NCBI RefSeq assembly: GCF_000011805.1
Contig: NC_006841.2
DNA: 32,000 nt
Reading direction: 5' to 3' (one strand)
Source: Aliivibrio fischeri ES114
GTDB taxonomy: Bacteria; Pseudomonadota; Gammaproteobacteria; Enterobacterales; Vibrionaceae
Part shown: in pieces, positions 9,910 to 17,929 of the stretch
How the letters are laid out: each line of letters begins with the position of its first letter
Numbering within the stretch: position 1 is the stretch's first letter
The notes under the pieces: model-generated
Told to the model about the DNA's origin: nothing
The model's input: the letters and a program-made list of their open reading frames with translations, nothing else
The model's database searches: none
Made by a program: the position numbers and the translations under genes

Positions 9910-12513
9910 CTAAAAATTGACTTTTTTTGGTTTAAATGTGAGTAAGAACTCACTTGTTATAGTTATTAGTTTTACGATAGCTCGCACTGTTTTAGGGCTG
10001 TAAGCTATTGTATTTTTGTATCCTTTTGCCCCAATTTTAAATACGCTGAGCATGCTGGATAACGGTTTGTCACTTTGATAGCTTTTTTGCCATTTACTCC
10101 ATACATCTGCACGGGCAAAAGTACATTGCACATAATCTATATTTTGTTGTTTTGTTAATGGATCCAACTGCAGCCCTAATGCTTTACCGTTGCTATAGCT
10201 TACTGTTGTAGGAAAAACAAAATGATGCTCACCTCTTTGCAACGCAATATTAAGTGAATGACCAGATGGCAAATCAAGTGAGACTGGTAATTCGACACGT
10301 AGTCCACCTAATGAAAAATCCTTAATGTCACAACGCACTTTATGCCCAGAAGATAAATGTATAGACATTGGAATATTTACGACCACACGATGATCTTTTC
10401 TCACCTGCTTTGACTCTTCTGCAACCGCAACCGCACCACCAAGTATCAATAAATTATAAAAAACCCAAAGTAAGTTAACGACAACACTTCCAAGCTCATC
10501 ATCAGGGCCCCAGCCTAGTCGATAGAGACCAAAGCCAATGCCTAAAACATTAAGAATAACAAGTAACCAATACGGCTTTGAAATGGACCAGTCGTAGTGC
10601 GTTTCTTCAATTAACCCACCTTTAGCTGTAACATTAAATGTCCCTTTATGCGGAGCAAACAGTGCTACAGTTGTTGGTCTTGCGATATACCATGACAAAA
10701 CGGTTTCATACACCTCCCCCCAAAAGGAATAACGATATTCCCCCTGCATTCGAGAGTTCGTCATACTTGCGTGAACCATGTGTGGTAACACATATAAAAT
10801 AATCGCCAATGCTGGTGCATAAATAATATACGTATGCATAATTAGGAAAACTAACGGCGCAAGCAAAAAGATAATACGAGGAATACCCGACAAGAAGTGG
10901 AGCATCGCATTGGCATAGCACAATCTCTGCTGCCATTTTAGACCTTTACCTAATAAAGGATTATCCACTCTAAAAATTTGAGCCATGCCACGAGCCCAAC
11001 GAATTCGTTGTCCAATGTGAGCAGATAAGGTTTCAGTCGCTAATCCTGCTGATAATGGCTTTCGCAAATAGGCTGAACGATAACCCAAACGATGCATTCT
11101 TAATGAAGTATGTGCATCTTCCGTTACCGTTTCTACTGCAATGCCTCCCACCTCTTCTAATGGTTCTCTGCGTAATACTGCACATGACCCACAAAAGAAA
11201 GAGGCATCCCATAAATCATTACCATCTTGAATTAAGCCATAAAACAAGCTGCCTTCATTTGGTACAACGCCAAAGTTTGATAGATTTCTTTCAAAAGGAT
11301 CAGGCGAAAAGAAGTGATGTGGAGTTTGAATTAATCCAAGCTTTTTATCTTTTAAAAACCATCCCATAGTCAGCTGAAAAAAAGCACGGGTTGGTATGTG
11401 GTCACAATCAAAAATGGCAACAAACTCACCTGAAGTTTGTTTTAAAGCATAATTAATATTGCCCGCTTTAGCATGTTCATTTGTCGGTCTACGGATATAA
11501 CCTACACCCACTTCTTTAGCGAATTCTTTAAATGAATCTCTTTTGCCATCATCAAGAATAAATATATTCAACTTTTCTTTAGGCCAATCAACACCTAAAG
11601 CTGAGTATACCGTTGCTCGAACCACATCTAGATCTTCATTATACGTAGGGATCATCATATCAATCGTTGGCCACGTTGATTGATCTTCAGGCAATGATGC
11701 TGGCTGTCGATTTAAAGGCCAAATGTTTTGAAAGTAGCCAAGAATAAGAACAATCCATGCATACGTTTCCGCTATTAAAAGTACACAACCTAAAAACAGT
11801 GCTAACGGATCATCCCAATTTAATGATGAGGTGTATCGCCACCAAATATAACGGCATGAAACCGTTACTGACAACGTAATCAACAATATAGTCGGAAACT
11901 TGCCTGGCATTCGTCGAAACATCATACCAAGAGACCATAATGCAAAAATGAAAAAAGCCTGTGCTGTTAAGCTAAAAGGAATCGTAAAACACAATAAAGC
12001 AAGCATACAAACAGCAACGCCTATAATCACATTAATCACACGTTCACTGACGATTGCACTACGTTTACTTACATTTTCCTTCTTTCTTATCTCACTATAT
12101 TTAGAATAATTTTCTAACCATGCAACAACGGAAGTCAGCCCTTTTAACGGAAAGTAGAAAATACGATTTATTTGTCTCCAAACATAGCTAATCCATTGAG
12201 TTAAAGGAATGTCTTGCGTTATTTTCTTAGGCTGAACAACAAGTATTATCCAAACTAATTGAATACACATGCGTAATGGATCTAAGAATTTTAGTTGTGA
12301 AAAATCAATTTGTGGAAATAAGTAATGTGGCAACTTCCAACTATCAACATTAAAAATGGTTGGCTTTAAAAAGCAAAAGCAAATAAAAAACCATAGTGAT
12401 AACACCAACTGGCTAATACCTGTTGCAACTTTATCTTGAGTATAAAAGTTCAATTGCAACCGGAATTCTTTAACGAATCTCGGTTGAAATAAAAATGAAA
12501 GCCAGCCAAACAT
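9910..12513 (-). CDS. bcsA: cellulose synthase catalytic subunit A (GT2 + PilZ c-di-GMP receptor)
   Basis: 867 aa. GT2 motifs are FILDDG, FDCDH, VTEDAHTS and QRIRW (QxxRW). The PilZ motifs are RKDHR (nt 10387-10401) and DFSLGG. It aligns along its whole length to E. coli BcsA as recalled. Confidence 0.97.
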   Translation of the reverse strand: MFGWLSFLFQPRFVKEFRLQLNFYTQDKVATGISQLVLSLWFFICFCFLKPTIFNVDSWKLPHYLFPQIDFSQLKFLDPLRMCIQLVWIILVVQPKKITQDIPLTQWISYVWRQINRIFYFPLKGLTSVVAWLENYSKYSEIRKKENVSKRSAIVSERVINVIIGVAVCMLALLCFTIPFSLTAQAFFIFALWSLGMMFRRMPGKFPTILLITLSVTVSCRYIWWRYTSSLNWDDPLALFLGCVLLIAETYAWIVLILGYFQNIWPLNRQPASLPEDQSTWPTIDMMIPTYNEDLDVVRATVYSALGVDWPKEKLNIFILDDGKRDSFKEFAKEVGVGYIRRPTNEHAKAGNINYALKQTSGEFVAIFDCDHIPTRAFFQLTMGWFLKDKKLGLIQTPHHFFSPDPFERNLSNFGVVPNEGSLFYGLIQDGNDLWDASFFCGSCAVLRREPLEEVGGIAVETVTEDAHTSLRMHRLGYRSAYLRKPLSAGLATETLSAHIGQRIRWARGMAQIFRVDNPLLGKGLKWQQRLCYANAMLHFLSGIPRIIFLLAPLVFLIMHTYIIYAPALAIILYVLPHMVHASMTNSRMQGEYRYSFWGEVYETVLSWYIARPTTVALFAPHKGTFNVTAKGGLIEETHYDWSISKPYWLLVILNVLGIGFGLYRLGWGPDDELGSVVVNLLWVFYNLLILGGAVAVAEESKQVRKDHRVVVNIPMSIHLSSGHKVRCDIKDFSLGGLRVELPVSLDLPSGHSLNIALQRGEHHFVFPTTVSYSNGKALGLQLDPLTKQQNIDYVQCTFARADVWSKWQKSYQSDKPLSSMLSVFKIGAKGYKNTIAYSPKTVRAIVKLITITSEFLLTFKPKKVNF

Positions 12514-12516
12514 AGA

Positions 12517-13287
12517 TTATTTACCCTCTACCTCTTTCGCCGAAAAATGACTTAAAAGCCAAAACGATAATTCATTTATACCCTGAGATATTTGACTATG
12601 AGGAGCATAATTAAGTACTGGATTAAGCTGTGAACACGCATCTGGTACCGCAGTATCAAAATGTAAAAACATAGGTAAGCACTGCTTATCTAACTCATAT
12701 TTAAGCACCAACGACAAATCGACACTATTATCGCTTTGAGGTTGATAACCATTAATTAAGTAATAAGGTTGATAACGTTCTACAAATCGACGAAAAAAAA
12801 CGTTCTGCTGAATATATGCATAATTTTGTATGTCAGGCTTTGCGATGCACAACACCATATCAGCACTAGCTAATAATTCGTCATAATGCTCATTAAGCTC
12901 ATGCACAGTTGGTAGTAAGATAATTTGCCACATATTCTCAAGCTCAGGCTGAATAGGAAATATATCCAACAGACCTTGAGATGTGCTCATCAACTTTTGT
13001 TCAAATATAAGCCTTTCATCTAACGTTAATCCACCATAAGGAATAAATGAAAGAGAATTTGGGCTTATGTATGCTGCATTTTTCCATGATTCATCGTTAA
13101 GCCATCTCTTAGCCCAACCATCTTGCACTGACAAATCCATAGCAAAATGAAACCGCATTAAATTTTCAGGACGAACATCAATAATATGGACACTTTCATC
13201 ATTTAACTTTAATGCTTGGATTAAATTAGCAGCAACAGTTGTCGCTCCGACACCACCACGAATACCCGTTATTATTATTCTTTTCAT
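12517..13287 (-). CDS. bcsQ: cellulose biosynthesis protein BcsQ (MinD/ParA-like ATPase, YhjQ family)
   Basis: 256 aa. N-terminal deviant P-loop GIRGGVGATT is typical of YhjQ/BcsQ. The stop lies 3 nt before the bcsA ATG. The reading frame is uninterrupted. Confidence 0.9.
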   Translation of the reverse strand: MKRIIITGIRGGVGATTVAANLIQALKLNDESVHIIDVRPENLMRFHFAMDLSVQDGWAKRWLNDESWKNAAYISPNSLSFIPYGGLTLDERLIFEQKLMSTSQGLLDIFPIQPELENMWQIILLPTVHELNEHYDELLASADMVLCIAKPDIQNYAYIQQNVFFRRFVERYQPYYLINGYQPQSDNSVDLSLVLKYELDKQCLPMFLHFDTAVPDACSQLNPVLNYAPHSQISQGINELSFWLLSHFSAKEVEGK

Positions 13288-13499
13288 AGTACGGATTCTT
13301 TACTTATCGTTTCACCACTAACTTTATTCTCCAATGTATTAACTACACATTTTGGAGTTTCTGATAATAACTCTAAGGCTCGCCATGCTTTTTTTATTTT
13401 CTGATAACGTTCATTTTCTGTTAGCTCATTATATGAACGTTCATTAGTATCAAAGGCTGAAAATAAATCTGTAATATCTTGGCTAAAATGATTAGAGAT
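13284..13499 (-). CDS. bcsR: BcsR-like small protein (~71 aa) with no canonical start codon
   Basis: Manual translation of the minus strand gives ISNHFSQDITDLFSAFDTNERSYNELTENERYQKIKKAWRALELLSETPKCVVNTLENKVSGETISKESVL*. The TGA stop overlaps the bcsQ ATG (ATGA). The pattern D-I-x-x-L-x-x-A-F ... K-x-W-x-x-L resembles E. coli BcsR. The frame is closed upstream by TAG at 13505-13503. There is no in-frame ATG or GTG, and the only in-frame TTG lies near the 3' end. AAGGA sits 7 nt before an ATC codon at 13499. Confidence 0.45.
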   Translation of the reverse strand: MSNHFSQDITDLFSAFDTNERSYNELTENERYQKIKKAWRALELLSETPKCVVNTLENKVSGETISKESVL

Positions 13500-13777
13500 A
13501 ACCTATTCCTTACTGGATATTGAATCCAAATTAATTTAACAATTAATTCTATTACATATAGCTATAGATATAACACTCAACATTTGTACCATTTGTGAGA
13601 ATGGGCGGTATATTTGTTTAGTTAACTTTTAAAGATAAATACATACTTAAAAAAAGAATATAAAATAATTCTCTTAATCAAGAATTTTAAATAAAAGAAA
13701 TATTCTATTGTTCTTTTTTTGTTATAGAAATAATCTCCAACAATAGATAAATATAAAAAATACAATGAGTGATCGTC
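13500..13777. promoter_or_regulatory. divergent bcsRQABZC / bcsEFG control region
   Basis: ~270 bp AT-rich non-coding spacer between the two divergent operons. It contains several dyads and repeats (TATAGCTATA 13557-13566; CATTTGT x2 13581-13597; TCTATTGTT / AACAATAGA 13704-13712 / 13739-13747). No promoter was mapped. Confidence 0.4.
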
Positions 13778-15322
13778 ATGCCACAAACCCCAAAAGAGAC
13801 TGATATAAAAGGGAAAAAATTAAAGTCTAGTATATACATATCTACTTTTAGCAATCGAACTCTACTAATCAACAATGTTAATAAGTTGATGATAAATGAA
13901 AAACAAAATAGCTTTATTTGTTTTTCCACACTGGAATCATTCATGAAATCATTGAATGATAAGTTTATACATTTATTTAAATCCACTTTAAATAAATATT
14001 GTGAAAACATATTTTTCGCAAAAAATAAAAGCATTACCTCATTGATATCATTAACTAATGACATTACAAGATTGCAAACTAAAAAACATGGCACCATAAC
14101 AGTTACGATTCCAGACAACATTTTTACAACAAAAAATGAGTCAGATGTTATATTCTTTATAAAAAAGCTAAACGAATGGTCAATTAAAAACACGTCTACA
14201 ATAAACTTGTTTGTTTATGGTCGAGATACACACTTAATAAAAAAATCAATTACACAAAATCCTAATCTTAGTGTTGGTTACGCTAATTACCAAAGCATTG
14301 ATAAAAATACATATTTAGAGCACGTATATTATTGGGGATTAAATACAGGAATGAATGGAGAAAGCGAAACCTACCATTCACTCCACAACAATAGCGCAAC
14401 AAATTACAACATAAAACATCCGCATTCATTATCATCATCAGCTAATCTTGACGATGAAGATACCGTTTATATTGCAAAAACCGCCATTGAATACGGTTAT
14501 AAAATACCCGACACCATGATCTGTGCCTCTACAAATGTTGAACTAGTCAACAGTCTAACTAGCGTGTCAAAGGCTGCTATTGTATTAAGTTGCTCAGAGC
14601 AAAATGATGTATCTGAATTAGGTATGCAGGCGTTTCAATTACGTCAACGGTATGGACAACAGATCAAAATCATTATTAAAGAGATGAAACCATGCCTACG
14701 TTACGCTGATGAAATGTATTTACTGCAAGCAGGCATTAACCTAATTGTTCATTTTGGAACTCGTTTTTCTAGAATGCAAAGCGGTATTGAGATGTTAAAG
14801 GGCCAAATATTCACTCGCCCGTTACCGAGTTCTATTGAAGAATTACTAAGCTTTCATGTTGAAACTATCGCCGTTAAGGGCTTTGTTGATTTCAATAGTT
14901 TTATCTACTATACCAAAACCTTCTTATCACAATTAGAAACGTCACAAACACAATTTGCGTTAATCAAACTCGAACGTCTTCCAAATATTAAAATCGCGAA
15001 TTATCTATCAATGTGTAGTATCCAAAGAGAAGGGGATATTATGACCATCACTAATGACTCTATGTACCTATTTTTACAAGGAGTCCGCATTAATGATCTT
15101 GCGACGGCACTACACAATATTTTTAAATTGCCAATTCAAGATATCTTCATTAGTGAAACGAGTTTTACCTCAATAGGTAGAATTGAGCATGAGTTACATC
15201 ATATTGAACAAAATGGCCTTACTATCGATAATATAACTTTAATCGAAAATAAAGAAAAAGAGCCATTATCAGCAATCCCACAACAAGCATCTCTTGCTGT
15301 ACATAAACCGTTGGATTTTTAA
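13778..15322 (+). CDS. bcsE: cellulose biosynthesis protein BcsE (GIL-domain c-di-GMP receptor)
   Basis: The C-terminal half aligns to E. coli BcsE (REGDIMTITNDSMYLFLQGVRINDLATALHNIFKLPIQDIF vs RTGDIMTIGGNRLVLFLSFCRINDLDTALNHIFPLPTGDIF). The RxGD motif is at nt 15026-15037. The N-terminal third is very AT-rich and divergent. The start is ATG 13778 or GTG 13769. Confidence 0.9.
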   Translation: MPQTPKETDIKGKKLKSSIYISTFSNRTLLINNVNKLMINEKQNSFICFSTLESFMKSLNDKFIHLFKSTLNKYCENIFFAKNKSITSLISLTNDITRLQTKKHGTITVTIPDNIFTTKNESDVIFFIKKLNEWSIKNTSTINLFVYGRDTHLIKKSITQNPNLSVGYANYQSIDKNTYLEHVYYWGLNTGMNGESETYHSLHNNSATNYNIKHPHSLSSSANLDDEDTVYIAKTAIEYGYKIPDTMICASTNVELVNSLTSVSKAAIVLSCSEQNDVSELGMQAFQLRQRYGQQIKIIIKEMKPCLRYADEMYLLQAGINLIVHFGTRFSRMQSGIEMLKGQIFTRPLPSSIEELLSFHVETIAVKGFVDFNSFIYYTKTFLSQLETSQTQFALIKLERLPNIKIANYLSMCSIQREGDIMTITNDSMYLFLQGVRINDLATALHNIFKLPIQDIFISETSFTSIGRIEHELHHIEQNGLTIDNITLIENKEKEPLSAIPQQASLAVHKPLDF

Positions 15323-15326
15323 TATT

Positions 15327-15530
15327 ATGAATATTCAAGACTTTATTATTACTGCTGTGTTCAGTGGTCTAATTGGCCTTATTATTGGCTATTTTTTACG
15401 TGATATTATTTCATTTTTTTGGCGATTTTACACAACGAAAATCCGCCAACCAAAGCATCTCGTCCAATATCATTTTGAAGATATACAAACGCATTCCTCT
15501 CAGCTCGCAAGAAAAGGAAGCTCAAAATAA
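15327..15530 (+). CDS. bcsF: cellulose biosynthesis protein BcsF (small single-TM protein)
   Basis: 67 aa from ATG 15327 (MNIQDFIITAVFSGLIGLIIGYFLRD...). It has one N-terminal TM helix and a basic tail, like E. coli BcsF. It lies between bcsE (4-nt gap) and bcsG (1-nt overlap). The ORF-track start at 15294 overlaps bcsE and is unlikely. Confidence 0.8.
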   Translation: MNIQDFIITAVFSGLIGLIIGYFLRDIISFFWRFYTTKIRQPKHLVQYHFEDIQTHSSQLARKGSSK

Positions 15531-17158
15531 TGAATACACGCTCATCTCAACACACATTGAATGGCCTTGGCTGGTGGAATATTTATTTCATAATAAAAAT
15601 TGGGCTATTCTTACAAGGTATCATCGATTTTCATCCAATCGAAAACTTTGCATTAGTAGCTTTTTTACTGATCCCAATACGCCATAAAATACTAAATGTA
15701 ATTCGTCAGTTTCTAGCTGTACCCTTTGGATTATGGCTAATGCATTATGATTCATTTTTACCTCCGTTAGATCGTCTATGGAGTCAAATGGGTCAATTAT
15801 TACAATTCAATCTCAGCTATTTAATTGAATTAGCCTCACGATTTGTCTCGTTAGAAACACTACTTGGTTTATTTGTATTAGTTTTCGCTTATTATTTTTT
15901 AAATCAAATATTCCGTATCTCTGTATTTGTTGTCATTACTTTGATCGCGATAAGTCTTCCTTCTGATTTATTCAGTAGCCAACCAAATACAGTGGCTAAC
16001 GTTTCTCAACAACCAGAGAGCGCAGAAACTGCGCAAATTTCCGATCATCAAGTGGATGAAACTGGCCCCGTAAATGATGCTGTATTAAATAATGCAAAAG
16101 AGCTGTTTTTTAGAAACGAAGCACAACGTAGAGTCAGCTTTCCAACCACATCACCATCGACTGATTTTGATCTTCTTTTCTTAAGCATTTGCTCTGTCGC
16201 TTGGGATGATATTGAAATTGCAGGCTTAGAAAGCCATCCTCTATTTAAAGAGTTTGATGTTATGTTTGATAATTTCAGCGCAGCGACCTCTTATAGTGGT
16301 CCTGCGGTTATTCGTCTATTAAGAGCCAGTTGTGGACAAGAATCACATCCAGAATTATTCAAAGCTCCAGCATCGAAACAGTGCTTCTTATTTGATAACT
16401 TGGCGAAACTTGGATTCCAAGAAAACCTTTTATTAAACCACGATGGTAAATTTGATGACTTCCTTGGTTTATTAAAAGAAGATGGTGATCTAAAAGCACC
16501 TTTAATGTCTCAAGCAGGATTAACTCAGTATCAATCTGCATTTGATGGCTCGCCGATTTATCGAGATAAAGATGTATTAAACCGTTGGCTAGATAAGCGT
16601 GAAAAATCACAAGATGGACCTACAGTTGCACTGTACAACACCATATCTCTACATGATGGTAACCGTATCATTAAGGCCAGTGGTAAAGTCGGCCTAGTCA
16701 GTTACAAACTGCGATTAAAAAATCTATTAGATGATTTATATGACTTCTTCCAAGAACTCAAAGCATCAAATCGAAATATTGTCGTAATGTTAGTTCCCGA
16801 ACATGGCGCTGGTATGCGTGGAGATAAAATGCAAATTGCAGGTATGCGTGAAATTCCATCAGCAACCATTGTGCATACTCCTGTTGGAATGAAAATTTTC
16901 GGCCAAGGTATGACACGATTGGGTAGTACCGCACATATCTCTGCTCCATCAAGCTACTTAGCGGTATCGACATTAGTAAGCCGTATTATTGAAGAAGACA
17001 TATACGCAACGAAAACATTTAATACTGCAGAGTTAGTAAAAGACCTACCTACAACAAAAATGGTAGCGCAAAACTCTGGGACTACCGTTATGGAATACAA
17101 TAAGAAACCTTATGTGTCCCTTGATGGAACCACTTGGTCTGAGTACCCAACAAAGTAA
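15530..17158 (+). CDS. bcsG: cellulose phosphoethanolamine transferase BcsG
   Basis: 542 aa, with N-terminal TM helices and a periplasmic alkaline-phosphatase-like domain. Collinear with E. coli BcsG (WNIYF, ICSVAWDDIE, FSAATSYSGPAVIRLLRASCGQ, YNTISLHDGN, VPEHGAGMRGDKMQ, PYVSLDG). Confidence 0.95.
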   Translation: MNTRSSQHTLNGLGWWNIYFIIKIGLFLQGIIDFHPIENFALVAFLLIPIRHKILNVIRQFLAVPFGLWLMHYDSFLPPLDRLWSQMGQLLQFNLSYLIELASRFVSLETLLGLFVLVFAYYFLNQIFRISVFVVITLIAISLPSDLFSSQPNTVANVSQQPESAETAQISDHQVDETGPVNDAVLNNAKELFFRNEAQRRVSFPTTSPSTDFDLLFLSICSVAWDDIEIAGLESHPLFKEFDVMFDNFSAATSYSGPAVIRLLRASCGQESHPELFKAPASKQCFLFDNLAKLGFQENLLLNHDGKFDDFLGLLKEDGDLKAPLMSQAGLTQYQSAFDGSPIYRDKDVLNRWLDKREKSQDGPTVALYNTISLHDGNRIIKASGKVGLVSYKLRLKNLLDDLYDFFQELKASNRNIVVMLVPEHGAGMRGDKMQIAGMREIPSATIVHTPVGMKIFGQGMTRLGSTAHISAPSSYLAVSTLVSRIIEEDIYATKTFNTAELVKDLPTTKMVAQNSGTTVMEYNKKPYVSLDGTTWSEYPTK

Positions 17159-17286
17159 ACTAACAAAAACAAATACAATCATCTAGATGAATCAACGGTT
17201 TTTGATTAAATATCCTTACCCTGATAATATTTGATCAAGAATCAATCTAATATGAGAAATTTTTCATACTGAAAGATAATAAAATA

Positions 17287-17314
17287 CTGCTCAACATTAT
17301 TGCATGTTGAGCAG
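17287..17314. terminator. hairpin between bcsG and the convergent 98-aa ORF
   Basis: CTGCTCAACAT-tattgc-ATGTTGAGCAG, an 11-bp perfect stem. The T-rich run (GTATTTTATTATC) follows on the minus strand, so it fits best as the terminator of the 17406-17702 ORF and possibly works in both directions. Confidence 0.45.
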
Positions 17315-17405
17315 TTAGCCATAATTTCAACAAACTATAGTTTGCTTCTTATAAATACCATTTCTATATCTTTATCCAAATAAAATGTAGAACCAAGAAA
17401 TGCAT

Positions 17406-17702
17406 TCATGTAACATATGAAACATTCATATTATCAGGTACAGGTATCATTGAATTTATAAGATTAAAAATAACTTCATAGGCATCATCGTTTTCACTAT
17501 GGTATGAAAACTGTAATTCAATATTCAGCAATCGATATAAATTAAGTTCTATTGTTCTTCTTTCTGTATTCTCTAAATACTTACTTTTAATAAAATAAAA
17601 CTTAACAAATAACCGCAACTCATCAATATGATTCCCCTCTTGTCCTGTTAAGGCTTGATACTCTTCAATCTTATTTAAAACTTCATCCAATTTCACTTTC
17701 AT
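17406..17702 (-). CDS. hypothetical protein, 98 aa, no family recognised
   Basis: ATG ORF divergent from tpx. Very AT-rich with a weak SD. The hairpin at 17287-17314 lies downstream. No recognisable motif. Confidence 0.35.
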   Translation of the reverse strand: MKVKLDEVLNKIEEYQALTGQEGNHIDELRLFVKFYFIKSKYLENTERRTIELNLYRLLNIELQFSYHSENDDAYEVIFNLINSMIPVPDNMNVSYVT

Positions 17703-17861
17703 TTACCACTTGAGTATGATGTAAATAAATAATACAAAAATTCGCTCACAATTATATATATAAACGCGCAAAAAATAACACATAATGCACAACTATAACC
17801 CAATGCATAAAACAAGTTAACATTTGCACAAATTAAAAACACCAATACTACAAAAGCATTA

Positions 17862-17897
17862 TTATTGATATTGTCTAATGTTAGACAATATCAATAA
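17862..17897. promoter_or_regulatory. perfect 17+2+17 bp palindrome (candidate operator) overlapping the tpx -35
   Basis: TTATTGATATTGTCTAA tg TTAGACAATATCAATAA. I verified every one of the 17 arm positions as complementary. It lies 33 bp upstream of the tpx ATG. Confidence 0.55.
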
Positions 17898-17911
17898 AAT
17901 AATCATATAAT
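17882..17911 (+). promoter_or_regulatory. putative sigma70 promoter of the tpx pair
   Basis: TAGACA (17882-17887), 18-nt spacer, TATAAT (17906-17911). The predicted leader is short and carries a GAGAGAAG SD before ATG 17930. This is a sequence-pattern call only. Confidence 0.4.
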
Positions 17912-17929
17912 TTATAGAGAGAAGTAATT

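Noticed and set aside
9897-9953. GTG start at 9953 for bcsB (783-aa version)
   Set aside because: It would overlap bcsA by 44 nt and put 19 non-signal residues ahead of an otherwise perfect signal peptide that starts at ATG 9896.
2133-12109. Assorted 60-100-aa antisense ORFs inside the AraC gene, bcsC, bcsZ, bcsB and bcsA (e.g. 2133-2318, 3378-3584, 5643-6009, 7209-7448, 7846-8046, 10706-10936, 11055-11369, 11900-12109)
   Set aside because: All are nested in or antisense to long genes with strong homology. They are typical shadow ORFs.
13577-13591. Sigma54-like element on the minus strand upstream of bcsR: TGGTAC-AAATG-TTGA
   Set aside because: The spacing is right and the -24 GG is present, but the highly conserved -12 GC is GA here and the -24 box reads TGGTAC rather than TGGCAC. 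A near match like this is expected by chance, so I do not call it.
13705-14193. 162-aa minus-strand ORF with a hydrophobic, membrane-like translation, overlapping the 5' third of bcsE
   Set aside because: It is fully antisense to the bcsE frame, whose N-terminal region still aligns in spacing with E. coli BcsE (for example IKKLNEWSIKNTSTINLFV vs LDKMNKWSRLNHCSLLVIN). Long antisense ORFs rich in Phe, Ile and Leu are expected in very AT-rich coding DNA. There is no SD or independent support.
15373-15687. 104-aa plus-strand ORF spanning the bcsF/bcsG junction
   Set aside because: It is an out-of-frame overlap with two genes that have clear homology. It is a shadow ORF.
17331-17344. 14-bp perfect palindrome CAAACTATAGTTTG between bcsG and the 98-aa ORF
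   Set aside because: It is short and AT-rich, and is plausibly a chance occurrence or a minor hairpin. The stronger hairpin at 17287-17314 already explains termination here.
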